A DNA stretch of 64,000 nucleotides, from IMG/VR virus record IMGVR_UViG_3300032282_001987. One strand, written 5' to 3'. Of the stretch, positions 28,501 through 43,800 are shown piece by piece. The translations under genes were made by a program, and so were the position numbers. The notes beneath the pieces were generated by a model that saw nothing but the letters and a program-made list of their open reading frames with translations, had not been told where the DNA came from and did no database searches. Position 1 is the stretch's first letter; every line of letters starts with the position of its first letter. The stretch comes from an uncultured virus (IMG/VR IMGVR_UViG_3300032282_001987) (Duplodnaviria > Heunggongvirae > Uroviricota > Caudoviricetes).

Positions 28501-28870
28501 GCCATTGTTTGGTAATAAAGCAGCACCACAACTGAGAGCTACTATCAAAGTTATCAAGTCTAGTTCTACTACTGCTAGTGATAGCGAGATCAGGAGTGCT
28601 GTATTGAGCGAGATAAACACGTATTTCAATATCGAGAATTGGAACTTCGGGGATACATTCTATTTCAGTGAATTGAGCGCATATCTGCATTCTAGGATAG
28701 GCGATCTAGTCAACTCAGTAGTGTTAGTACCAAACGATCCAAATCTAACATTCGGCGATCTATATGAGATACGTAGTGCTCCTTATGAGATATTTGTGAA
28801 TGGTGCCCAGGCATCTGACATAATGGTAATCGCTGCATTGACCCCAAGCGAATTGCAATCCGGAAGCTAA
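25514..28870 (+). CDS. Baseplate wedge protein (gp6-like)
   Basis: FNDYVESSE..ALLD, ENFIDTAERRDSV..LA..VGY.P, FGDGVFG, QNRMVNGEDY; GATAAATA box at 25489-25496. Confidence 0.88.
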   Translation: MATSSRQSSLFGVNDWKTIYKTYKQADFQSYDYETLRKTFVDYLRTYYPETFNDYVESSEYVALLDVMAFMGQALSFRDDLNTRENFIDTAERRDSVIKLANLVGYNPKRNIAGQGYLKLTSIQTTEQVKDITGLNLSNLTILWNDPGNPNWQEQFNSIINAALINAQRVGRPGNSQNILNVKTDEYSISIPAGVTATAPFSATVDGVGMNFECVSVTSVNSNDVYELPPGPTGVFNILYRNDKLGYGSPNTGFFFYFKQGALQQYSFSLPEQISSQVVDIDIQGVNNTDTWLYALNTSTNALTQWNHVDSIYDNNNQGVNKERKIFSVVSRFNDQVSYVFGDGVFGDIPVGNYLAYVRSGNALTYTINPDEMQGTTITLNYISRVGRIETLTMTLELTVPVSNAQARETLQNIKQRAPQRYYSQNRMVNGEDYNNFPYTLYGSIIKSKALNRSSVGVSRSFDLIDPSAKYSSTNDFSDDGGLYIEEGDGYTTFTANSTNDIVSFLTDVLNNQLNNHRTLQYYYQYYDRYDISPASGDGTIYWNQSSFNTLESTGYFYNYLGSIPVGIYSTGHVKYITPGALLKFVAPPGKYFDTNYRLVEGIPTPADSTFLWTSVAAVTGDGNNNGNGNLDNGLGPVTLNNALPDGIILTTVIPSFTNLLPNDIIQECVQQIVLNKSFTLIFDNSLLANQTRWSLSTYTDPNYFVKFESLGSNRYRVVYKSIAYYFGSANNVRFTFDTNRVVYDPATGKLLQDFVNILKINSQPDSNYPFPNELKLSVVGQLVETDGYVDDYSVEVASTDPNISGAVKDPDFFATVTGYVTGATNYRHFAFFERITDANLLTRYRLVPSTSINYAYTTRADIALVKYEYAAGQIYYATKENVFYQSVSDSIYENVIDLVQLDNYVAKIGRQGLNFQYRHNSSNTTRIDPATTNIIDLYVVTQSYYTDYQNWIKDNTDTLVEPTPPTINELNLTYSKINDYKMLTDSVILNSVKFKPLFGNKAAPQLRATIKVIKSSSTTASDSEIRSAVLSEINTYFNIENWNFGDTFYFSELSAYLHSRIGDLVNSVVLVPNDPNLTFGDLYEIRSAPYEIFVNGAQASDIMVIAALTPSELQSGS

Positions 28871-28887
28871 TTGATAGGTAAACAATA

Positions 28888-31800
28888 ATGGCAACAAGAG
28901 TCAGAACAATCGATTTCTTACCAGAAATCTTTAGGACAAAAACTAACGAACAGTTCTTAAGTGCTACACTAGACCAACTCGTACAACCTCCTGAGTATAA
29001 GAGGATACAGGGTTATATAGGTAGCAAGTTTGGTTATGGAGTCCAAGCAGAAGATACCTATCTAGCAGAATCTACTAAGGCGAGGAGAGATTATCAGTTC
29101 GAACCTGCAGTGGTATTTAAGAAAAAAGATACGACTACAGCTATCGATGCGATCACCTATCCCGGTCTATTAGATTCGTTAGGAATCAATGGAGCACTGA
29201 CAGGTAAAAACGATAGGCTTTTCGAGAACGAATTTTATTCTTGGGATAGTTTTGTCGATCTAGATAAACTTATAAATTATAGCCAGTACTACTGGTTGCC
29301 TATGGGTCCGGATGCTGTCACTGTAGCTCTAGATTCTATCTATACCGGTGATACCTTCACTGTCACATCTAAAGATATATCATATAGTTTTGAAGGTAGA
29401 CTCATCAAATTCAATCAAGATAACCCTATAATAACTTTGGTGCGCGGTGGCACATATGAATTCGATGTGAGCCAGACTACTAATTTCTGGGTACAGACAC
29501 AACCTGGTACTAGTGGTTATGATCCTGTCAATACTAATTTCTCTACTAGAGAAGTATATGGTGTGACGAATAATGGTACTAAAAGCGGCAAGATCATATT
29601 TGATGTTCCTTTATCCACCGCACAAGATGATTATAGCTATGCCGGCAACGGGACAGTAGATATAGTCACTTCTAAATCAGTAGATGAGATACATGGAAAA
29701 AAGTTAAGTGAACTAAAAGACATCGATGGCATCAGCAATCTCAATGGGAAAACATTATTGTTTTACGGTCACACTCCCGCTGAGACTGGATTCTTGGGTA
29801 CGTTTTTTGATGATGCTTCGGGCTTCGACGGTGATCCCAATAATGATGGGTATCCTAACTTCGAAGAAGGTAGCTATACAGTACTAAACAACAATGTGTA
29901 TCTGATACAATATTTTGGAGATCCCACAGATCCCATCATAAAATTATCCGAGTATAGCCTATTACCCAATGATGAGAAAATAACAGCATTATTAGGCAAT
30001 CAATACGCTAATCGAGGATTCGTCAGAAACGCATATGGTGAGATAATCTTATTACCATTCATAACTGCTAACTTAGACACCTTATACTACCAAGATAGTA
30101 GCAATGCAGATAAGTTTGGTATGATCAAATTAGTCGATACTGTCAGCAGCCAATCTATCAACATAGAGACAGATGTGTTAGGTAAAAAGACGTTCACTAG
30201 CTCGAATGGTATAAAATTCACTAATGGATTGAAAGTAAAATTTGTAGGTACGGTGTATCCAGAATCATATAAGCAGGATGAATACTATGTAGAGGGTGTA
30301 GGTACTAGCATCGTATTACTACCGGTGAGCGAACAACAGGTGCCTGAGACGTTTGCAGAAGCGTATTATGCTCCCTATGATATGTCCCCGTATGATTCTG
30401 AGGTATATGGTAGCGCATTGTCTGTACCTAAGATACCAGATTATATACTCATCCACAGGAATAGCATAAACAAGAATGCATGGAGCCGCAGCAATCGTTG
30501 GTTCCATATCGATGTGTTGAATTATACATTAGAAAAGAATTCTAATACTCCTAACATAGATGCAGCATTCAAGAGCACGACCACTAGAGCCAGACGTCCG
30601 ATCATCGAGTTCTATCCTAATATCAAATTGTTTAATTCGGGTACTATGGGTAAAGTGCCAGTCGATTACATAAATTATTCTGTGACCGACGCATTCAATC
30701 AAGTCGAAGGTAAGTCATCTTTCGTCATCGATGGTAATAGTAGCGTCATGTTTGATGGTGCAAGAGTGATATTTGCAGGTGACACCGACCCCGAAGTAAG
30801 GAACAAGATTTATACAGTCGCAGTAGCCAGAGTAGCTACGGGCGGCCCACAAGTCATAACGTTGAGTAAATCATTCGATGGAGATGTTTTATTCAACGAA
30901 CAAGTAGTCGTCACCAAAGGCGAGACTTATCAAGGACGTTCTTTTTATTTTGATGGATCTAATTGGATAGAAGCACAACAAAAAGAGAAGGTCAATCAAC
31001 TACCTAGATTTGATGTATTCAATTCTTCTGGTATAAGTTTTGGAGATCAAGAATACTATCAAGGTAGCGATTTTGATGGATGTACATTATTCCAGTATGC
31101 TGAAGGCACAGGAGCCAATGATCCTGTGTTGGGTTTCCCGATAAAGTATAGTTCTATCACTAATATCGGTGATATCAGTTTCGATGTCAGCATAAACACT
31201 GCTACATTTAATTACGCATACGATAATAAGTCTATCAATACAGTAGTGAACTCTGGTTATGTCCATACTTATGATACTATCGCAGAGTATAAGAGACATA
31301 TTGGTTGGCAGACAGCGGTTGCTCCAAGCGTCCAATATCAGATATTCAATCTGACTTATACAGGAAACGATCTAATCTGCGACATTCCGGTAGACACATC
31401 GATAGAGTGGCCCGCTATCGTGGTCTATGTAGATAATCAACGCACTACGGATTATACATATATCGTAGAAAATGGGGCGACTAAAGTATCATTGACTTCT
31501 CTACCACCACTAGACACGCCAGTAGAGATATTGATCCATAGCGCCAAAGTATCACAGACTGCATATTATCAGATACCATCAAATTTCGATCACAACCCAT
31601 TCAATGAACAATTAAAGACTGTCAACTTGGGTGATCTTCGTGGGCATTTCAAGAGTATCTGCAATAACGTGACTACGTTAGAAGGCTCTGCATTCGGACC
31701 TAATAATTATCGAGATTTAGGAAACATAGTACCATATGGTACTAGGATCATACAGAACAGCGCATCGATGATTGCCCCTTCTATATTCTTGAAGGAATCG

Positions 31801-34800
31801 AATAACAATTTCTTGAATGCACTGCGCTATAACGCTACTGAATATGTTAAATTCAAGACAGTATTGATGGATACTGTCAACAAAACAGACTATAACATAT
31901 TGAGTAAAAACGCAGATATACTAGACGATGCACTAGATCAGATTACTAGTGTCAAAAATGATACTAATCCATTCTTCTGGAGTGATATGATCCCTTCGAA
32001 GGGTGCAGCGATCACCAAGAGTTATACTTTCAAGAGTGGATTGACATCATCATATTTCAATCTATCTAAAGTATATGATTTCAAGAATGCTAATTATGCC
32101 GGACTATTGATATATCTGACTAGAAATGTCGATGGTATATTGCGTACAATCCAATTAGTGAAAGACGTAGATTACAATATCAGTGAGACTGATAAATTTG
32201 TCAAGATAGAGAAAGACTTATTGGTGAATGATGTCATCACTATCAAAGAATATACACAGACTTATGGTAGTTTCGTACCAAACACACCTACTAAACTAGG
32301 TCTTTACCCTTCGTTCATCCCGTCAGTGATCTTAGATAGTTCTTATCTGACACCTACTTATTTCATCCAAGGTCATGATGGTTCATACACTAAGTTGCAT
32401 GGTGCATATAATGATGGATACTTAGAAGATTTCAGAGATAGGGTACTATTAGAGTTTGAGACTAGGATATACAACAACTTGAAAGTCAACGCCACTATAC
32501 CATTAGAGGCTGATGACGTAATTCCTGGTCAATTCAGGACGACTGATTACTCATATGATGAGATAGAGCAGATATACTCTGCACAGTTCTTGAATTGGGT
32601 AGGATTGAATCGCATCGAGTATATTCCACAGACATATTTCAAGACCAATGAATTCACTTGGAACTATAATAAGTCCATCAACAAGTTAGATCAGACCACG
32701 TTGAAGCAAGGCAATTGGCGTGGTGTGTATCTGTGGTTATATGATACTGCTAATCCAGATACTAAGCCATGGGAGATGCTGGGACTATATAACAAACCTA
32801 CATGGTGGGATACTAGATACGGTGATGCACCATATACTAGTGATAACACATTATTGTGGACAGACATAGCCAATGGTAGTGTATGGAATAATGGTTCCCC
32901 ATATATCAATACGAAGAGGGTCCGTCCTGATCTATTGAAAGTATTACCAGTAGGTTCTACGGGAAGATTAGTATCACCTTTCACAAGCATAGTGAATTCA
33001 TATGATGTAGATACGTTCCGTAATGACTGGAGCGTGGGTGATATGGGACCAGCTGAATATAGCTATCGCAAGAGCAGCACATGGCCCTTCGACCTCATGC
33101 ATATCTTTGCATTGACCAAACCAGCAAGATTCTTCGCTTTGGGATTGAACCTCGACACATACAAATACAACGCAGAGTTCGATCAGTATCTTGTTAACGA
33201 TAGATCCAGGACAGAATTCTACAACAATGAAGTCTATGGAAAAGATGATACTACATCCACACATAGCTATCTGAACTGGATCGTAGATTATTTGAATCAA
33301 TATGGAGTCGATGGATACCAGCAAATCTCAGATTTGATATCGAATGTCGATGTCAGATTAGCCTATAGGATGGCTGGCTTCAGCGACAAATCATTATTGA
33401 AATTCTTCGCTGAGAAAGGTTCACCTAACAGCAAGAATAATTCATTGTTGATACCTGATGAGAGTTACAACATAATACTGTACCAGAATGAACCATATGA
33501 GAGCATAATCTATAGTTCACTGATCGTACAGAAAACTGTGAACGGTTACAAAGTCTATGGCAACGGACAAGAGAAAGCATACTTCATAGTCAATGTTCCT
33601 ATGAAGAATGGAGCATATGATGTAGTAGAAGTCAGTGCGAATAAAGTGTTCTTGGCTAAGAATCATTTCACTAAGACCGTCATCGTTCCATATGGCACTG
33701 AGTTCACTTCTATACAAGACTTAGCTGATTTCGTATACGGATATGGATACTATCTAGAACAACAAGGTGTAACTTTTGATGATGTCGAGAGTGCTATCGA
33801 GTTGAACTGGAAGCAGATGGTGGCTGAGATATTATATTGGGTGTCGTCTGGTTGGGAAGTAGGAAGCACAGTGAACGTCAATCCATGTGCTAATCAGATC
33901 ACCATCAAAAATGATAGTGGTGTCATCCAACCATTGACTATGTTCCAAGATAATTTCATATTGAATCAGAACTTAGTTCCTATACAGCCGAAAGACTTAG
34001 CTATCACCAGAGTAGATACGACATTCATTGCTAAAGCATTGAACTCAGGTGACACTATCAGTTTCTTGAAAGCTAAAGTCAATAGCATAGAACACCTAGT
34101 AGTGTTCGATAATTCCACTGTGTTCAATGACACGATGTTTAATCTGATCACTGGTCTGCGCCAGCAGAGGATATATGTCAAGGGAGTAAAGACTGCTAGT
34201 TGGAACGGTACTATGACAGCAGCAGGTTTCATCATCAACCAAGACAATATAGAAGAATGGAAGTCAAACGTCAAGTACAATAAAGGTACTATCGTAAAAT
34301 ACAAGAACGAATACTGGGTCGCTAATAAAGTCACAATCGTACCTAACGTCAAGTTCAATACTGAAGAATGGCATAAAACAGTATATGAAGATATACAGCT
34401 TGGTCTGTTGCCTAACCCAAGCACTAGGGCATATGAATCTACATTATACTATAACACCAATGTAGCTAATCTAAAACAAGACGCAGATTTATTGAGTTTC
34501 TCATTGATAGGATATCGCCCACGAACATATCTAGCTGAAGCTAATCTGGATGACACGACACAAGTGAACATCTATAAGAATCTGTTGAGCAATAAGGGAA
34601 CGAGGCATTCACTAGATGCATTGATCGGCGCTACATTGCAACAGACCAAGATGAATTACACCCTTCACGAGAATTGGGCTATAAAGAAAAGCGAGTTCGG
34701 TGGCATCCTCAATAAGAATTTCATAGAAGTAACATTAGATGAATCTAAACTATTAGGTAACCCAGCAACAATCGCAATAACTCACGCCAACGATGTCGAT

Positions 34801-37800
34801 GGCATAGAACAGCAGATACCATTGCATTCTATAAAGAATTATGCATACACTGTTAACAACACAGATATATTACCTACGATACCGTCTACTACTGCTAGTG
34901 AGTTGCCTACTGCGGGATATGTCAATCTAGATGATGTTCGTCAGACTTCATATTATGTCAGCGGACTCGATGACGCATTGATAGGTGATCTATACAAGAA
35001 TGATTATATATGGGTAGCTGATAAAGTAGGCGAATGGAAAGTATATACTCCATTGCCATTGGGTGTCAATCTAGTGTCTGTGTTGAATAACTTGAACGGC
35101 ACGGCGACATTCACGTTTGACGGACATCATAATCTCAGCGAAGATGATCCTTTCGGAATCATCAACTTCGACACTAGGGTAGATGGTTACTATATCGTGA
35201 CGACGGTCTCTAATCTGACCACAATAGTGGTATCCCTGTCATTACCTACCGCGGTCACTACTATAAAGGGTTCAGGTCTAGGTTTCAGCTTAGTTAACCA
35301 GCGTGTGAGCGTAGCAAAAGACATACTCGGTCTACCAGTCACCAACGCTGAATATGTAAATAATAAAGTCTGGGTAGATAGCGATCCAAACAATGAATGG
35401 TGTGTGTATCGTAAATCTATCAATTACAAACCTGAAGATTTCTTGAAGCCTATATCTACCGAATTCGGTGGCGCAGTAGCAATAACTAAACTGGGATATT
35501 TCGTATCTGACCCTAGCGAAGGTAAGTTATACAATTACCGAGACAATGCTGGATTCTTATATCTATACAATACTATAACAGAAGTTAGCGGCTATGGAAA
35601 AGTCGTAGTACATAACGATGATATCATGGTGGTCTCTAAGCCAGATTCGTTCGGTGACAGCGTGCTATATGTATATCGCATGGTCAAGAATGACAGAGTT
35701 GTAGCACTTGTAGAAGAACAGATAATATTGCTAGGTGGCTATTACGTAGGTGAGGCCATGGCTCTGTCCGGTGATGGTAATTATCTATATGCTAGCTTAT
35801 TCAACGATGTAGATGTAGGAGCAGTAGTCGAGTTCCAACGCAATCAATATTATACACCGAGCAATGTAGGATTAGTATTGAGCGAGGCCACTATCTCTGG
35901 CACTAAAGAATTCGTGTGCTATGGTGATGTGACAGCAGGTGCTACACCTGGAAAATATGTCACCTTCGCACCATCCGGATATGGGATACTGACAAAATTG
36001 GCATATACTATCGTCACTGCCCAGTACAATCCATCTACCGATAATACTAGATTCTATGTCTATGAAGAAATTCCATATTCTTTCCCAGAAGGGACAGAAG
36101 TATTGAGACAGAGCGTCAGCTATACATTATTAGGGGCAGTCACATCCGAAGGTCTATCTATAGGTACTGATAGGTTCGGCTATAGCATGGCTACCAACTA
36201 TGATGGTACTAAGTTGTTTGTTGGGTCCCCACAATCAGATTTTAATTATTCAAATCAAGACACTGGTTATTCTTTCGTGTACGATAGATTAGTGGAGAAT
36301 TGGGAACTACAAGCAGATACTCCACCATATGCATTCAGCTTATTCTTCATGCCATGGTCACCTGCTTATGGATCAGCAGTATATGTGAACGGAGAAAGAT
36401 TAGATGTTGGTTATTATCTGATCGTATCTAACTTGTTGATCATGTCCATGCCATTAAAGTCTGGTGACATCATCACTGTGAGCAGCGGAAACATGGTATT
36501 GAAGCAAGAACTAGCTAGCTATGATGTATTAGAAGATATAGATCCAGGTGAGAAGTTTGGCTTCACTATGGATTGCAACAGTTCAGGTAGCGAATTGATC
36601 GTAGGCAGCCCCTTCAATCTAAACGCACAGCGCAAAGAAGGTGCAGTGTTCCGCTATACCAACGAAGGTAAACGCTTTGGTAGGATTACAGGTATAATAC
36701 AATGTAACCTACTATCAGGTACATATATATTGATCAATGGTTACGGAGTCAACATACCACATGGTGGTAATGCATTGTATGTCGCTAACGTGATCAATCA
36801 GAACATCATCACTAATGTGTTCGCATATGCTACAGAAGATAACAGGCTAGTGATACGCTTGCGTGATATGGATCTGAATCCAGTCAATAACAAGTTGAAT
36901 CTAACTGTATTGAATGGCACTATCTTGGCAGAGTTGGGCATCGCTGATTATCTAAAGACACAAGTCATATTAGACCCACACTCAGAGGGCAGGACGCAGT
37001 TTGGATATACAGTCAAGTTCAACGAGAATAATTCCTTCGTTGTCAGCGCACCAGTAGCTAATCGCTATCTAGGAACTTTCTTCGACAGGATCGAAGATGA
37101 TGATACACACAACGATACTGTGTTCGACAACAACTTCACTACCTGGGAAGATGAATTCACAGATGCAGGTAGCGTGTATATGTATGATTACATAGAATCA
37201 TATGGCGAGACGTTATCTACTTTCGGCAACTATATCTATGCACAGTCATGCAATGACACGATAAGTGATTACGGCAAGCAACCATACTATGGTGAGAAAC
37301 TAGCGTTCCGTGATAATAAACTATTGATCGGTGTGCCTAGATTCAAGCCAGATGACGAGGGCGGTAGGGTAGTATTTTACAAGAATAATCTCGGTAAACC
37401 AGACTGGAGCGTATTCAGGAAATCTTCTGATGTAGTAGATATCTCTAAGATACAGCGCATACAACTTTACAACAATATATCTGATGTGACTATCAGTTCA
37501 TTAGATTATTTCGATCCATTGCAAGGTAAATTATTAGGTCCTGTCAGAGAGAATATCGATTTCATCTCAGGCGCGGATCCTGCAGGTTATAACAATCCAT
37601 CTGAATTCAAAGGTAATCTAGTATGGGGCAAAGAACAGGTCGGTAAGATCTGGTTCGATGTGACTACGACGAAGTTCATCAATTATCACCAAGAAGATAT
37701 CCAATATAACATCAAATACTGGGGTAATGTTTTTCCGGGAAGTACTGTCACAGTATATACTTGGATAGAGAGCAATGTCATCCCTGCATTGTACATAGGT

Positions 37801-40800
37801 AACGGGACACCTTACGATTTCGCTAGATACAGTGCTAGTTTCGAGACTGATGCCAGCGGTAATCTAGTACCTAAATATTACTATTGGGTGAGAAATAGCA
37901 ATATCTTGTTCAGCAACATAGGCAAGACATTGACTGATGCTGTCATAGAACAGTATATCAATGATCCACAGAATTCTGGAATCGCATACTTCTCTCCATT
38001 ATTACCTAATGTGTATGCATTGTATAACTCACGTGATTATATCTACAGCAAAGAGACTAACTTGCATGTAGGCTATAGCACTAACGATATCGATGTTCCT
38101 AATCATATCGAGTTCCAATTGATCAGGACAGATTATCCTGATGATTTCTTGCAGGGATTACCTAGTGCTACATCTACAGAACCTAGTGGTCTGTATAACA
38201 AGATGTTGAGCAGCTTAGCCGGAGTAGATGAATTGGGTGCGATATTACCTAATCCTATGCTGCCTAAGTTATTGCAGACTGGCATAGGAATCAGACCTAA
38301 TCAATCATTATTCCTCGATAGATTCGGGGCATTGAAGAATTATCTAGGTTATGCCAACACGATACTGAAACAATATCCGGTGAGCGAGATCGATAATCTT
38401 ACTTTCCTGAGTGCTAACGGGGATAATTACGACACTAGGAATTACTGGGAGACTATATATTGGTGGGCAGAAGGATATTCTGATACTACTAAGACGGCGT
38501 TCGAAGTAGAATATTATTACGATCTGGCAAAAATAGAGGCCATAGAAAACATGATCGTGGGTGTTCTTTACAATAGTGAGAATAAGAGAGAAGTATACAC
38601 ATACAAAGATTCTTCGTGGACTAGGATTGGTCTAGAGGATGGTACCATACAATTCTTAAGCACCCTATGGGATTACCAAGCAAACAAGATTGGTTACGGA
38701 GACAATTTCTTTGATACAGGTGCATTCGATGCATATCCTACAATAGAAACGAGATATGTAATACGTGCATTGAACGAACAGATTTATGTGGGTCCATTGT
38801 ATGAACATAGAAACAAGAGTTTGATACTATTGTTCGAGTACATCCAGAGTGAGAACATCGCATCGAATAATCATCTGCCGTGGCTAAACAAGACTAGTCT
38901 AGCAGATATAAGCTATAATATCAGAGATTTGTTGCCCTACCAGAAATACCAGAGTGATAATCTGAATCTATTGAGTGGTTATGCTAACGAAGTGAAACCA
39001 TATCATGTAGTATTGAAAGATTTCTATTTCAATTATACCGGAACCGATACATTCGATGCGGATATAACTGACTTCGATCTACCAGCTAGATATGATTCTG
39101 AGGTCAACAAATATGTGACACCTGAGTTGACATACGGTGTACCTAGCAGATATGAACAAAAGGACATAGATGATGCTATATGGACCGGAGAATATAGTCC
39201 TTGGTTCGAGAATCATGGATTGACCCTAACTGCTAAACCAGATTATGTGATAACTACTACCCGCAGATACATCACCGCTACCGCACAAGAGATATATGTT
39301 GTGAATGCTAGGGGAATGCCGGTAGAGGCAGTGATAAAGATCGATGGAGAATTGATCGGTTACAACACGATAGATAGAGATACAGGTAAATTATCGGGGT
39401 TGAGCAGAGGTCTAGATAATACTGTCATCACAGAACACAATCCAAACGTCAATGTCTACATCGACCTCACGGGCGTGACTGTACTAGATTCCGGTTATGG
39501 TTACATCGATCCTCCGGTAGTGACAGCATATCTAGATACTACCAAGTATCCTGCTCCTAAAACAGAAGCTAGATTACAAGCTATCATGTCAGGCGACAGG
39601 GTCATCGGTGTAGAGATTCTAGATGAAGGTGCAGGATATGTAGTAACTCCTGAGATCAGATTCACATCCAGTGTAGAAGTGAATTTCACAGAAACCGAGA
39701 TGAGTTTCGTTGCAGACTTATTAGTATTACCTATAATAGGACTAGAGAATCATTCTGTAGTCTACATAAGTTCAGTGAAGCCCGGTGCGATCCCTGAAGG
39801 ATATTATTATATCTCTCTGATCAATGAATCTGCAACTGAATCCGTGATATCATTGCATACCGAACACAGGAATAGTATATCCGGAGATCATAGACTGATA
39901 TTTAAAAATAGTCTGTCTGATCCAACTAATGTGTACACATTGGGTGTGAGACCTAGGGCTATCTCTAACGCACATCAATCTGTAGTACGTGATTTTGTAT
40001 CCACTATAAAGCTAGATAGAACTAGTTATAACACACAAGTAGAGCAGTGGGAATCAGGTCTTTTCTGGCCTAGCCTATTCAACAGTCTAGGTAACGATGC
40101 CAGTACTGGTGATTCTTTGGCGTATGGTATCCCACACGAAGATCCGGATTATTCTGCAACCACCGTGTTAGGATTAGGTGCTCATTTCACTGTGTATAAC
40201 TTGATATACTCAGGTACGTATGGTGCTACTGTTACTACACCAGGTGTAGGATATGCAGTGGGAGATAGTTTTGTTGTATCAGGTACTGATCTAGGGGGAA
40301 CTAGTCCTGCTAATGATTGCACTATCACTGTAGCCACTATCACTGGATCTAATCCTACTGGCCCTATAGCTACAGTAACAGTAACGGGTAATTCAGCGCA
40401 GATCAGCGCCGCTAGTTTACAGGGTGCAGTCTTGCCAATCACTAATCTAGAAAACGATAGCGATACCGCTGTAGTATCTGTGAATTATACACCTAGCACA
40501 TTGAAGCCAGGTCAAATTAAAGGGTTACGTGCGTACTTCTATACAGATTTGCCGGCGTACACATACGATGATAGTGGTAGTGGTGGTGCCGTGATAGAAA
40601 TACATAGACCACGCTTTACTCCTACAGGCATATCTAATCAATATTTCATCAAGATAACAGATTATGGCTCTATATATTATGATGATTATCCTCCTATCGT
40701 CATTCCTGGTGGATCGTTAGGTGGAATCACTGGTACCAATGATGCTGTGATCAGGATCAAATACGCAGATGCAGGTACAGGTAAGATACTTGTGTGTAGC

Positions 40801-43800
40801 GTATCGGGTATTGCTATAGGAGAATTCACGACTTATTACGTATATCCATTGAGTGCCACACAATTGCGCGTATACGAGGATGTAAATCTCACTGTGCCTG
40901 TTTTATATGATGGATTCGCATACGACGGTTCTGGTGATAACTACATGTACGTCCCAGAACCATTGTTCTCGGGCGGTGGATACAAATATGTCGCTAACGC
41001 TATCGTATCCTATAATAATAGAGTGTGGCGTTGTATAGAAAGTAATAGCGATATTGAGTTTGATTATGCTAAGTGGGAAGAAGTAAAGAGTGATGATAGG
41101 ATATTGAATGCACTAGACAGGATAAAGGGCTATTATCAACCTACACCTGATATGGTTGCTAACGATTTGCGTCAATTAGTCAGTGGTACTTCATATCCTA
41201 ACAATATCTACTATGGTAATGATTTTGCTCCTGAAGATGTATTACCATTAGATTTTGAATTGAGAGATGAAGCGTTCTATCCCCGAGACTCCAATATCAA
41301 GGGTATCACTGCCCGCGTAGTTCGAGATGAAGAACAAAATATATTAAGTGTTCTCTACGTAGCTGTGGGAGATTCTTCTGAAGAATCGTTCGTATTGACT
41401 AGCACAGATGGTGAGAATTGGACCTTCAATTTCTTATCTAAACAAAGTCTAGGCGTGACAGACATAACTTGGTCCGGTGATTATTTCGTCATCTCTACCA
41501 CTAATCTCGATAATCCTATATTCATAAGCACAGACGGTTACAATTGGTATACAACTGGATCGACTCATGCATATGATTTCATCGAAGGGTTCGATGTTTT
41601 AGGATTCGATACGGTACAAGTGACTACACCAAAAGATTCCTTATACTCGGTGATGTATTCTAACGAAAAGTATGTTGCTGTGGGCAAAGATATATTGACT
41701 AGCGACAATGCAGTCACCTGGACGCAGAAATTTAATTTTGGAAGTCGCCTTAGCAACACGATAAAGGCAGTAATTTATGCATCTGTCCCGTTGTATGAAG
41801 GATATATTGCAGTGGGATCCGGAGATCAAGTGGTGTCTGGTGGAGGTACCGCGGCACCTTCGATACAGAATAACACACGCATAATAACTAGTGCTAATGG
41901 AGAAGTATGGGAAGCACGTGCTGTGCCGTTCACTACAAAACAGATGAATGCTATCATGTCATCGACATCACAGGGACGTATAGTGACCGCTGGTGAAGAC
42001 GGTGAGATATGGTATACAGAGACCACTAATAACTGGTTGCAAACTACTAGCATCATAGGAGATCCAGTCACTTCTACATTTAGGGACGGTCTATTTGTAG
42101 AGCGCACATGGACTATGTTGACTCTACAATTGTTCTTCTTGGTAGGAGATGATGGAACCATACTGACATCATCAGATGGTATAACTTGGAATAACTACAC
42201 CAATCCAATACTCACTACAGAGAACTTGAATGGTATATCCCTAGTAGGTGATCATGTATATGTCGTGGGTGAGAACGGTACGATACTCCGTACATATGAT
42301 GGCATTACTTGGGAAAATGTATCATACATAACTAAGACTGATCCTTTCTACACAGTGAAAGGAAGCGATTTCTTATTTGGATATGGTCCAGAAGAAATGG
42401 TACCTGGTGTGGTAACAGACACGTTATCTATGACAGTACACACTACACCCGGTGCTGCATGGGATAAAGAGACTATCAGTCAAGATTTCTTATACGAGCA
42501 CACAGGTTTCAATATGAAATCCAAAGTGTTCGAACTAGGAGTAGGCGAGACTGAGATAGATTTCAGTGGTATCGTACAGAATCCTGCGCAGATATCAGTG
42601 TACACACTCGATGTCGATAATTTCGTCAGGATATATCCAACTACTGGATATGTGATCGATAGCTGGATAGATCAGACTATCGTGTTAGATCCATCTCTAG
42701 CAGGTTCTACTGTATTAGTAGAAGTCTATGAGATAGGTAATGGTCAGCAGATGGTTAGAAGCAACAATCAAGACATGCCTATGACTGTGAATAATGATGG
42801 CAATTCTGAGATATTATTGAATGTACCTAACACTACGTTAGAGATACCTATCGTATATCATAACGGAACTAGATTGGAATATCTGACAGATTATAACATT
42901 TCTGTTGGATCAGACAATAATCTAAAGATAGATTTCGCTACGTTGTATGACGAGTCATTAGACTATATAACATTCGCTATCATAGCTGATAGTACAGATG
43001 ATTTCAATACTAATCATTATGGATATAGTATTCCTGAGACAGAGGTTTTTGTCTATGACGGAAGCACTACCGTGTTTAGTTTGTCTAACTATGTAAGTCC
43101 AGATGAACCTGACAATGCTGTAGTAGAATTGAATGGCGTGCGCTTGATCCCGACAACAGATTACACTGTCGATTACTTGACTAGCGAACTGACAGTGACA
43201 GCATCGTTGTCTATGGATGATGTCATCGCTGTGACTACGTTCAATGATACCCAGCGTCAATATCTGAAAACAGATTATTTCGATTCTGGTAATAGCAGTT
43301 TCTTCAATGCTCAGGTCACATATGTAGATAACACTGTGACTCCTGTAAGGGTGATCACTACTACGGATCTAAGTATCGCTGATACATATTACGAGTTCGG
43401 AGTACACACCGGCGACATGGTGAGGATAGATGGATTATTAGGTTCTACAGAACTCAATGGACTGGGCAATATCTCTGGAGATGAATACCATAAATTCTTC
43501 GCATATTCTGACCCAAGCTACACGGGTTCTGGCTATGCTTATAGATTGAACATAGTAGATCCGGCAGATGATACGAGACAGATTCCATTGAACGGTGATC
43601 TAGTATCCAACTACATCAGCGGTGGATATATGTGCAAGCAGAATGATATGCTAATATTGACCAACACTATAATCAACCTAGAGAATGGTGTGGGAGATCC
43701 TTATACTATAGTACCTAAGACCGCATCTAGGGTCTGGACTACAGTCAATGGTGAGCGTGTCGATCCAGAGAATCTCAGGATATATGACATTCCAGGATAT

